Of a stretch of DNA of 64,000 nt, positions 27,722 to 36,317 are shown in pieces. Source of the stretch: Meyerozyma guilliermondii (taxonomy: Eukaryota); NCBI GenBank assembly GCA_051546255.1, contig CP128819.1, forward strand, positions 930,001-994,000, given 5' to 3'. Under the pieces are notes generated by a model that saw only the letters and a program-made list of their open reading frames with translations, made no database searches and had not been told where the DNA came from. A program made the position numbers and the translations under genes. Numbering within the stretch: the first letter of the stretch is position 1; each line of letters starts with the position of its first letter.

Positions 27722-30097
27722 TTATTGTAGTTCCTTGATCTCAGTTTCATCAGCAACCAAGCCCATTACGACCAAGTACATGTTCAAATTGTTCAAAAGA
27801 TTTTGCTTCTTGTAGAGATTAGCCAAGTCCGAGTTGTCAATAGCCTTGGCTCTGCTCATAACACCAAAGATTTCATCTCGTACCTCATCCACGATAATTC
27901 TTTGGTGGCTCAATTTACCTCCCAAAGAAAGAGTAGCCAAAAATTGCCAAACATAGTTTTCACGAGACGAACCGTCATCCACATCTTCAGGGTGAGGAGG
28001 AAAGATAGCAGCAATTCTAGATTCCAAGTTGGAGAAAAGTTCATCGTAACATGAAGACCATTCAGATAAGTCAGTAGCGGAAATTTGTCCCTCACCCTTG
28101 ATCAATTCAGCTCGAGATAACAAGGTAGTGATGACGGACAATCCGATCTTTGTGGTAGAGACGAAAGAGACGTTGTTGTGTTCGATCAAAATCATCAACA
28201 AGCCAATGATTTCGTTGAATTTGAATTCCTGAACTGCGTTCATCAACACTTTAGAAAACGTCAAAGTGTAGTGTTCAACCAACTTCAAGATCTTGGAAGG
28301 TACAACTTGGTCTGGGTAAGTTGTGTAGGAGCCATGTTTGATCACCAGCAAGTTTTCAAGGTTGGACATGATCAAGGTGGTTATGGTCAAGACCTGTTCA
28401 CGGGTCAAGAACTTGAACAAACGAGGCAAAATCTTGAGCATCTTGTTAAAGCTTAAAGCCTGGATGAAAGGATTGATCGTAGACTCCTCGTCGCCCGATG
28501 TCGAAGGGTGGTCAAGAATGTGTAAAGACTCCCAAAGATCGGTAGTATCTACGTCGGGGTTCGTTCTCGAGGCACTTTCGATTGTCATGATATTGTTGAT
28601 GACAGTCTCAATGATACTCATGATATCCTTGTGCGAGTATGTCTTTCTCAGCTGAGTATTAGTCAGTTTGACACCTCCTTCAGCTTCACTCTTTTCTCTT
28701 TGAGCTGCCTTACTGAGAATTTCCAATTGTTGTCTTGGCTTCTTTCCACTTCCAAACGAAATTTTACCCAACGCACCTTCTCTCGCATATTGAGTGAGCT
28801 TTGGTCTTTCCTTGGCAACGGTAACAGCCTTTTGAATCTGCTGCTGCATTCTTTGTAAAGCGACATCGGCCCTCTTATAACGGCCTCCCAATCTGTGGCC
28901 ACTTTGATCCAAATACGCTTGAGCAATCGAGTTGTTCTGATCGGCCTGTTGCTGCAGAGGGTTTGCATTGGCCTTGGGGTGGATCACCTTAAAAACTTGA
29001 GCGTAAAAATCCTCGTTGTAGGGATCATCCGTAACAATTTGCGACAATTGGAATCTAGTGACAAAGTCCTTGTCCTTGGGGTTCATGATACCAGAGTAGT
29101 TCATGATACGAGCGACCTTTTCGTGTCTCTTGGTGGCTTTTGCCTGTTGTTCTGGGGTCATTTCAGCAAAGCTTAAGCGACGAGGTGCAGCCTTGGAAGA
29201 CAGTTTAGCACCCAAAAGTGGGAACTGGTTCAAGTCTTTGGGTTCGGTGGAAATCGTCGAAACGTCAGCACCCACGGAGCCAGAGGCAGAAGCGGAAGCA
29301 GAAGTAGAAACCCCTGCCAGAGAACCAGATTCCGGTTGAGGAACAGGAGCTTGGGTTGCTGGAGCCAGTGCCAGCGGAGCCAGTTGTGGTGGAATTTGCT
29401 GTGGCACTTGCTGCACTTGCTGCGCTTGTTGCAATTGAGCCTGGGGTGGCATCTGAGGGTGCATTTGCTGCGTTTGGAGTGCCTGTGGGTGTCCTTGCAT
29501 GGGCATGGGCATCTGTTGGTGCATCTGCTGAGCAGGAATATGCTGCTGCATAGGATATCCAAACTGGCCCGGAGGCGGCATATACTGACCCATAGGCATC
29601 ATGTAGCCACCGTAGCCCGGAGGCATCATTCCACCCATCATATATGGATGTGGAGGCTGGTGAGGTTGTTGGGTGCGATGGTCAATAGCAGTCAATTGCG
29701 CTTCGATTTCGTCCAAAGACAACACCGTGCGTTCTTGCGGCTGTCCCCGTTGCTGGATTGGCTGCATCGGAGGTTGTTGTTGACGAGGTTGAGTGGCAGG
29801 TGCGTTGCCAGCACCCCAAAGATCGTTCATGAACTCATCGTCATTAATGGGATGAGTGGCTGCTTGAGCATAGCTGAGGGTCTGCGAGGGTACGGGCGCC
29901 GGCTGGGAGTGGTTTCCATTGGCAAAAGCAAAATCCTTTGCCGGTTCGGTTGCTCCAAAAGTTTCATCGTTCAACGCATCGTCGGCACCGCCATCTCCCA
30001 AACCATCATAAGTGTCCTGGAAATCATAACTCTCTTGGTTCAGGTTCTGTTGGCGTAGGTGCGGCGGCACGCTTGGATCAAACCCAAAAAAAGACAT
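27722..30097 (-). CDS. PAT1: mRNA decapping activator Pat1
   Basis: MSFFGF start, LNDETFG motif, Q/P/M-rich region, YSGIMNPKDKDFVTRFQLSQIVTDDPYNEDFY and C-terminal helical domain. Confidence 0.96.
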   Translation of the reverse strand: MSFFGFDPSVPPHLRQQNLNQESYDFQDTYDGLGDGGADDALNDETFGATEPAKDFAFANGNHSQPAPVPSQTLSYAQAATHPINDDEFMNDLWGAGNAPATQPRQQQPPMQPIQQRGQPQERTVLSLDEIEAQLTAIDHRTQQPHQPPHPYMMGGMMPPGYGGYMMPMGQYMPPPGQFGYPMQQHIPAQQMHQQMPMPMQGHPQALQTQQMHPQMPPQAQLQQAQQVQQVPQQIPPQLAPLALAPATQAPVPQPESGSLAGVSTSASASASGSVGADVSTISTEPKDLNQFPLLGAKLSSKAAPRRLSFAEMTPEQQAKATKRHEKVARIMNYSGIMNPKDKDFVTRFQLSQIVTDDPYNEDFYAQVFKVIHPKANANPLQQQADQNNSIAQAYLDQSGHRLGGRYKRADVALQRMQQQIQKAVTVAKERPKLTQYAREGALGKISFGSGKKPRQQLEILSKAAQREKSEAEGGVKLTNTQLRKTYSHKDIMSIIETVINNIMTIESASRTNPDVDTTDLWESLHILDHPSTSGDEESTINPFIQALSFNKMLKILPRLFKFLTREQVLTITTLIMSNLENLLVIKHGSYTTYPDQVVPSKILKLVEHYTLTFSKVLMNAVQEFKFNEIIGLLMILIEHNNVSFVSTTKIGLSVITTLLSRAELIKGEGQISATDLSEWSSCYDELFSNLESRIAAIFPPHPEDVDDGSSRENYVWQFLATLSLGGKLSHQRIIVDEVRDEIFGVMSRAKAIDNSDLANLYKKQNLLNNLNMYLVVMGLVADETEIKELQ

Positions 30098-30293
30098 ATT
30101 TTTTTGGATGTTCAAATGGGATAAGTTTCAGCATTCAGTAAATTGTCCTTGTCATGTCGACAATTTTCCGGTGTGCATATAAGCACAGCCGCATTGGGAA
30201 GGTGTCAGACATGGGTGCAAATACTTTAACCACCAAATACTGGCATACACTATTTACATCTATAAACCATATAACTCTACTGAAGCACGAGTC

Positions 30294-32570
30294 CTATGTA
30301 AACGACAGGAGTGCACTTGTAAGCTTCACCACCATCTCATCCCATTCACCCTTCTCCTCACTGAGAACAGTAATTGCTCCTCCGGCTCCAATCCGCCATA
30401 ACTTACACTGGTCCAGATTGTGCTTGTCGTCGGTGTAATGGAACACAGAACGAATGACCACCGACCAAACCGCCTCGTCGGTGACAGACCAGTACCCACA
30501 AACTCCACTGTAAACTCCTCGTCTACCTCCATTGGTTATGGGCTGCATCGCTTCAATATCTTGAAGTAATTCGACAGATCGCTTTTTTGGTGCTCCCGTC
30601 ATGGATCCGGGCGGTAACGAGCACTCAAGAACATCTATTCCATGCTTGTGGTCAATTTCTCCTCTAATCACACTCACCAATTGGAACATGGTGCTATACT
30701 CTTCTACCGACATGAGCAGCGACACCTCCACTTTGTCTACATACAGATAGAGATCATGGCGGATGAGATCCACAATCATGAGGTTTTCTCCCATTTCCTT
30801 GGGTGTCCGCAAAATGTCCGTAGCGGCTTTGAGATCAACTTCGGGCGTTTTCTTCACGGTACCTTTTATAGGACGGAATTCAACCTTGCGTTTTCCTCCA
30901 CTAGTTTGTTGCCATGAGAGAAATCTTTCAGGTGAAGACGATATAAGAATGACGTCCTCAAACAGCATGAAACACGAGTATGGCGACGGGTTTTTGCGAA
31001 GAGTGAGTATAAGATAAATTTCCCACGGATGGATCTTGGCGGGAAGTTTCAACTTCAGTTGTGTTGTCAAGCAAAGCTCGTACGAGTCTCCACTATGGAG
31101 GTACTCCTGGCACGCCTGGAACTGCTTCTGGTAAGTATTTCGATCGGGAAGTTCAAATTCAATGTTCTCGTCTTCAGCGAGATCTTTGACAGAAGATGCA
31201 ATATTCGCTAAATTTATCACAAGTTTACCGTCATTTTCGGCACCCAGCAATTCATCTGACATGTCTTTGCACCATTGAGAATCATCTGGTTTGATGCTTA
31301 GCAAGTACCACTGGTTGTTCTCGTGGTCATATACCAAAGAACGTTCTATATGAACCAATTTAAGATCAGGTGTGGACCCATTTGTCATCGATTTTAACTT
31401 CTCAAACCTAATATGTTGTCCCTCTTCGTAAGAAGCCAATCCCATGTATCCTCCATAGAAGGGAAGTTTCTGGTGCTTGTCAAACGTAGCTGGGGGAATA
31501 TAAGCTTTTTCAAACGTCTTTTTCAAGTAAGACCATATATCAGCATGGCCCAGCCCTTGCAAATCAAGACGCTGTCTTTCTGGCAAGCCAAATTTGCCCA
31601 ATTCGACAATATTGTTCTCATCCGTAGAGTGAGTAATTACGCACGATTCGCCAAGAACGGGAAACCCAATAATGGACCATTGGCACGGATTAGACGCCGA
31701 GTTCAAGAGGAAGAAGTCGGTCTTGCCGGACTTTTTATACAAGTAGTCACAGATGGCCACAGGCTTCGCCGTAGGCAACGAGATGGGAACCATGTAGTAT
31801 GCTGTATCGGTGGAAGGCTCGGGAGAATGAAACTTGTGGTCTTCCCTATACCTAATGTCGAAGCGACGAATCTCGTCGAGTAACTGCGGTGGAGAATCAG
31901 CAGCTACATGTGGATATTCCTTGGCAATAGCATGGAAATTTTTCACGAGCTCGATTCCGGAAGACGAACAAACTGACTCCGGGTGGTATTGGACTCCGTA
32001 AATAGGAAGCGACCTGTGTCTTCCAGCCATCAATACTCTCGTTGTGGTGGAGCCATTGACATCGTCACAGTATGCCAAAGGCACTATATCGTCGGTAAGG
32101 TCCTCCATAGGCACATGCAATGAGTGGTATCTTACACACGGTGTTTTTTCCTTTGTGGGAAAAAGTTTATGGGAAACACTCGAGTCTGTGTCGCTTAGTG
32201 GAATCACATCGTAAACCTGGCCGTGTCTAATCGAATGTAAGCGGTTTACTCGGTTGCCAAATTCGTAGCACATACTTTGAAAACCGAGACAAACGCCAAA
32301 TATCGGCACCAAAGTTGTTCCAGGGTTTTGCTTGTAGTGTTTATAGAGCCATCCGGCAATCCCCACGTCTTTAGCATTCTCGGGGTGGCCAGGACCGGGA
32401 CCTATGACGATGTACTCGAACAGCGGAAGATACGATTTGACAAAGTCTGAGTACTGTTCGGGCTCGAAAGTGTCATTGTGGATGGTTATCACCTCTTCAC
32501 CAGTGCTTTCTGCGATTAGCAGTCGTAAGTTGTTGGTGAATGAGTCATAGGAGTCTATGAGTAGAATCAT
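30294..32570 (-). CDS. ABZ1: Aminodeoxychorismate (PABA) synthase, fused GATase and chorismate-binding domains
   Basis: IDSYDSFT, GPGPGHP, GVCLGFQ, VQYHPES (PabA) fused to GDSYELC, PIKGT, ENLMIVDL, PPGSMTGAPK (PabB). Confidence 0.96.
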   Translation of the reverse strand: MILLIDSYDSFTNNLRLLIAESTGEEVITIHNDTFEPEQYSDFVKSYLPLFEYIVIGPGPGHPENAKDVGIAGWLYKHYKQNPGTTLVPIFGVCLGFQSMCYEFGNRVNRLHSIRHGQVYDVIPLSDTDSSVSHKLFPTKEKTPCVRYHSLHVPMEDLTDDIVPLAYCDDVNGSTTTRVLMAGRHRSLPIYGVQYHPESVCSSSGIELVKNFHAIAKEYPHVAADSPPQLLDEIRRFDIRYREDHKFHSPEPSTDTAYYMVPISLPTAKPVAICDYLYKKSGKTDFFLLNSASNPCQWSIIGFPVLGESCVITHSTDENNIVELGKFGLPERQRLDLQGLGHADIWSYLKKTFEKAYIPPATFDKHQKLPFYGGYMGLASYEEGQHIRFEKLKSMTNGSTPDLKLVHIERSLVYDHENNQWYLLSIKPDDSQWCKDMSDELLGAENDGKLVINLANIASSVKDLAEDENIEFELPDRNTYQKQFQACQEYLHSGDSYELCLTTQLKLKLPAKIHPWEIYLILTLRKNPSPYSCFMLFEDVILISSSPERFLSWQQTSGGKRKVEFRPIKGTVKKTPEVDLKAATDILRTPKEMGENLMIVDLIRHDLYLYVDKVEVSLLMSVEEYSTMFQLVSVIRGEIDHKHGIDVLECSLPPGSMTGAPKKRSVELLQDIEAMQPITNGGRRGVYSGVCGYWSVTDEAVWSVVIRSVFHYTDDKHNLDQCKLWRIGAGGAITVLSEEKGEWDEMVVKLTSALLSFT

Positions 32571-32846
32571 AGCTCTTTCTCGTTGCGAAAACCGTTATGA
32601 AAATTCGCTCAGCCGCACCGAAAAAACACCACAATTTTGCGGAGGGATTAAATGTGGGTTTCGAATTGGATTTCGAAGTGAATTTGGAAGTGTCGTGGTT
32701 CAAGATTTGTTCTACTACAGTTTTTGAGTTTCTGGTATATTTTCGGTTTCTAATCTGAAATCAGTTTTCGTTGCTATTGCAATCTATAGCAGTTTCGCAG
32801 ATTATCGCATTTATTGATAAATCTTTTGAATCCATTTCTCGTAATT

Positions 32847-34679
32847 TTATGTATCGTAGATGTTCTGACTAAAGTTGGTTCCATTCAACTCCTTTCCCAA
32901 GTTGAAAACCACTCCATTTAACCCAATTTTTCCAAGAACAGGTGCCCCGCCATAGTCGGTTCCTCCGTCATTAAGCTCGTCAGCCTTGCCGATTTCTATG
33001 TCCTCGGCGTCTCCTCGGTTCAAAAATATCATTCTTCTCACCACGTTTTCCCAGTAATGTGAAATCGATTTGGCAATGGCAGATAACGGTAATATGTTAG
33101 AATTTTTAAACTTGCACTCGACTTGGTGCTTCGATTCCACCTCGTCTTCATCGTACTCGGCTCCTTCGTAGACATGATGCCCAAGACAACGGAAAGGTCC
33201 CCATCCAGGTACAGTGTGGAGATCCCATTCAATCTTGCAAAGAGGAAAGTTATCGATATCCAAGTCAGTTCCGCCAGGATTCATTCTTTCGCTGAGCTTG
33301 CCTGCTATAGCCGACATCAACTGGCTGGTAGTCAAGTCTTTAAGACGGCCGAGCTGGGAGTTGTAATACTGGTGCAGCATAAGAAACTCATCCAACAATT
33401 CAAGCGTGGGAGTACAATGTTCACATTTGCACCCGTTCCACAATAAATTGTTCATGGCTTGCTCATAGCACGCAAACAGATGGAGAAGATTGGGGAACAC
33501 TATGATGGGGTGGACAGCGAAAACTGTGCTAGCATTGCCTTTTTTGACATGCCTGATTGCATCGGGAAGAGTTTCGGTGAACAACTTACGCCGACGAAGG
33601 TAGTTCCCTTCCAAGCCGTCTTCCAAGATTCCGTTTTCGGGAGGGCTATGGCGGATGGAAACGTACCATAACCGCGAGAACTGACGAAGAAATGAAAATG
33701 TTATTAGGTCAAAATTCTCGCAGAATTTATGCACATAAGTGTGCTTTTGTTTGTTCAATTGTCGGATTGCAATCGAAGAAATCGGCGCCGTTGGAGGAAT
33801 AAGACCCAAGAACTCAGAGAGGCAATCTTGGTTGCATGCCTTGTTATCACATCCCAAAATAAGCTGGGCACTCTGCACATTATACCACTTGATGTTCAAT
33901 GTGGGAGTCTTGTTTCCATCGATATCGTGATAATGAACGACAGAAACATGTTTAGGAGCAAACACGGTACCCGTAGAAGCCGCCATTTGCGCCAAGGACC
34001 GCTGGGTCGAGGCGTCTTCAATTATGATCGACTCGAGCTGAGCGAGCACCAAACCTATTTTATCTGTCCATGGGGTCTTTTTCGCCAGCTCTGAAGCTAA
34101 TGCAAACACAACCTCCTTGGCGTTGACCGCGGCAGCCAATTGAGTATAATTATCAACCACAATGCTGTTCCATTTGGCAAAATCCACGGCAAGTCTTGTC
34201 CGGACATTTTCCAGTTTAACATACAATTTGCGGAACGATGGCTTCGAGGAAGTCCCTATTTGAGGGTCGATCTTTTGTACTATGTCTATCAACAGCTGAA
34301 GGGACTCAATTACAGCTTCGTCTTGAAGATCGGTCGTCACATTCAACTCTGAAATATAGGTTGCAAGTTCAGGGTTCACAGTTATTGATTCCACAAGTGT
34401 CCGAAGCCTAGCATCTATCATACGGTAATGGTGACCAGGAGCTAGTTTGGCATTGCTAAAACCACAAATTACCGTCTGGGTGGCATCAATGAAGTCATTC
34501 TGACGATGACATGTGGACTGTAAAACAGGTTCAATTCGAACAGTTAACCGTTTATAAAGCTTTCTGCAACACGGCTGGTAGAATTGGTAGTTGGTTTGTG
34601 CCAAAGAAAGGAGGTCTTGTTGAGGAAGAAGGTCTAAAATGCGTGCAAGAATGTTTTGTGGAAGCAGCTCGAGTGGCAT
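32847..34679 (-). CDS. F-box protein, Roy1-like
   Basis: N-terminal F-box LELLPQNILARILDLLPQQDLLSLAQTN from ATG 34679; C-terminal WNGCKCEHC; adjacent to COX7, matching the S. cerevisiae COX7-PET111-ROY1 neighbourhood. Confidence 0.7.
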   Translation of the reverse strand: MPLELLPQNILARILDLLPQQDLLSLAQTNYQFYQPCCRKLYKRLTVRIEPVLQSTCHRQNDFIDATQTVICGFSNAKLAPGHHYRMIDARLRTLVESITVNPELATYISELNVTTDLQDEAVIESLQLLIDIVQKIDPQIGTSSKPSFRKLYVKLENVRTRLAVDFAKWNSIVVDNYTQLAAAVNAKEVVFALASELAKKTPWTDKIGLVLAQLESIIIEDASTQRSLAQMAASTGTVFAPKHVSVVHYHDIDGNKTPTLNIKWYNVQSAQLILGCDNKACNQDCLSEFLGLIPPTAPISSIAIRQLNKQKHTYVHKFCENFDLITFSFLRQFSRLWYVSIRHSPPENGILEDGLEGNYLRRRKLFTETLPDAIRHVKKGNASTVFAVHPIIVFPNLLHLFACYEQAMNNLLWNGCKCEHCTPTLELLDEFLMLHQYYNSQLGRLKDLTTSQLMSAIAGKLSERMNPGGTDLDIDNFPLCKIEWDLHTVPGWGPFRCLGHHVYEGAEYDEDEVESKHQVECKFKNSNILPLSAIAKSISHYWENVVRRMIFLNRGDAEDIEIGKADELNDGGTDYGGAPVLGKIGLNGVVFNLGKELNGTNFSQNIYDT

Positions 34680-34987
34680 TAAAGTGTTGGGTGCGCATTG
34701 AATTATGGTTTTGAGAGTATCGAGAAGACAGCAAGATAGAAAAATACGAAAAAGAAAAGTTACGATATAGAAAAGGATACAGAAAGAAACAGGTACAAAA
34801 CTGAACAAATTAGAACAAATAAACTGAATAAGACAACATATTTCAGTAAATCTAAAGTTGACCAGTCAGTATCTTAGTTACTTCTATTCCTTCGTTTCTA
34901 ATTCTTCTCCCTTTTTCGTATCTTGAGCCCTTCCTTCGTTTCCTACACCGTCTTTATCCTCATTTATTACCTATACAACTTCATGCA

Positions 34988-35167
34988 TTACTCGTCCTTG
35001 ATGCCGAGAATAGCCCGTCCAGTGTAGTACAATGGAAAAACAGTGCTCACAGTGAACAAAGCATAGAATGGGAACACCACAAACTTGGAGTGCTTTCCGC
35101 GCAACCACAAACGTTTGTCCGAGGATTGGTAGAGCTTTTGCAATTCGATGATTCTCTGTGGGTTCAT
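34988..35167 (-). CDS. COX7: Cytochrome c oxidase subunit VII (59 aa)
   Basis: MNPQRIIELQKLYQSSDKRLWLRG...FYALF...YTGRAILGIK resembles yeast Cox7; single TM helix. Confidence 0.92.
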   Translation of the reverse strand: MNPQRIIELQKLYQSSDKRLWLRGKHSKFVVFPFYALFTVSTVFPLYYTGRAILGIKDE

Positions 35168-35264
35168 GGTGATGTTAATCAGTTCATTTTTTGCGCTCGT
35201 CGATTGGCCCAAGACCGCTTACGTAAAGAACACGTGACCATACTAATACCAGGCAAAGGTGGTG

Positions 35265-36204
35265 CTAGTCCAGGTCCAGGTCGACTTGGATGACCCGCGG
35301 CCTTCGCACGATCAATTCGTCTGTGTCTTCCGAGTCGTTTTCATGGCTTTCGTCGTCGTAATCGTCAAAATTGGAATTATGAAATTGGTCGAGTGCTCGT
35401 TCAAGATCGCCTCGATCTGACCCCGGATCTTCTTCGCCGCTTTCAAACCCGTGCCACTCGTCGCTATCGCTTCGTAGATCGTTGTTGATGTCCGAGAGCT
35501 CGCGGGCGTCCAAAAAACTGTCTTCTGTATCGTATTCATTGGGTCCATCGAGATCTTCATCCTGTCCATGGATCACTATTTCTTCATCATCTTCGTTGTA
35601 AGCGTCGCCGTCGTCTGAATCAAAGTAGTCGTCGTCGCGTGGCACGCGGAATTGAGCACCGCAGAACAAACATCGGCTACCGTGGGCTTCCCAATGGCAA
35701 TTTCCACAACGCGGAACCCCATCGGACCGGTCTATGAGTGTCAATGCTGACTCAAAAGCGTCTCCAAATAGCTTTTTTCGGGTACTATCGTGCTTATAGC
35801 TGGCAGTGGCTTCGTCTCGTTGAGCTTTTATGGTGGCAGCGTCTTTTCCCAACGCTATCAATCCATCGCTGATGCTATGGCTGATCTCTTGAAGCTGAAC
35901 ATTTAGGATTGGTGGATGTTCCAAGTTTTGTCGACACGTAGGACAGTTCACCTTGTTGGTAAACCAGCTACAAAGGCACCCGTAACAGAAGGAATGGCCA
36001 CAACTGGCTAAAAATGGTACATGCATGATCTCTGAACAAACGGCACATTCTACCGTTCTTTGAGCCTGGGCTATGATCCCCACTAACATTTTGGGGTCCT
36101 GAGTTAGTATAGCTCAAAAAGTACTGGAGCAAATAGACTGGAGGCGGGATGTGGATACTTACCATATCATCCCATATTCGGAGGTATTCATCTAGAGAAG
36201 TCAT
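35265..36204 (-). CDS. PSH1: RING E3 ubiquitin ligase Psh1 (two exons: 36204-36163 and 36098-35265)
   Basis: C3HC4 RING (CAVC...CGHSFCYGC...CPTC), second Zn motif RCGNCHWE..C..C, acidic tail with EYDTEDSFLD; splicing joins MTSLDEYLRIWDDM to DPKMLVG in frame. Confidence 0.82.
36099..36162 (-). other. Spliceosomal intron in PSH1 (64 nt)
   Basis: GTAAGT ... TACTAAC-T-CAG; in-frame join. Confidence 0.9.
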
Positions 36205-36317
36205 GGCAAGCGATATGAAGAGGTGCGGGTTGTATTGGGTTATATACAGGAGATGGAAAAGAGATGGAGACAATGACGATCCAACACTATCATGATATCT
36301 TTCTTCCTTTCTTCATT

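Noticed and set aside
29336..30058. 240-aa plus-strand ORF antisense to PAT1
   Set aside because: Shadow of the Gln/Pro-rich low-complexity region; non-ATG start and no protein-like motifs.
32540..32548. Perfect Gcn4 palindrome ATGAGTCAT inside the ABZ1 5' end
   Set aside because: Explained by codons of the conserved YDSF motif; no separate evidence of function.
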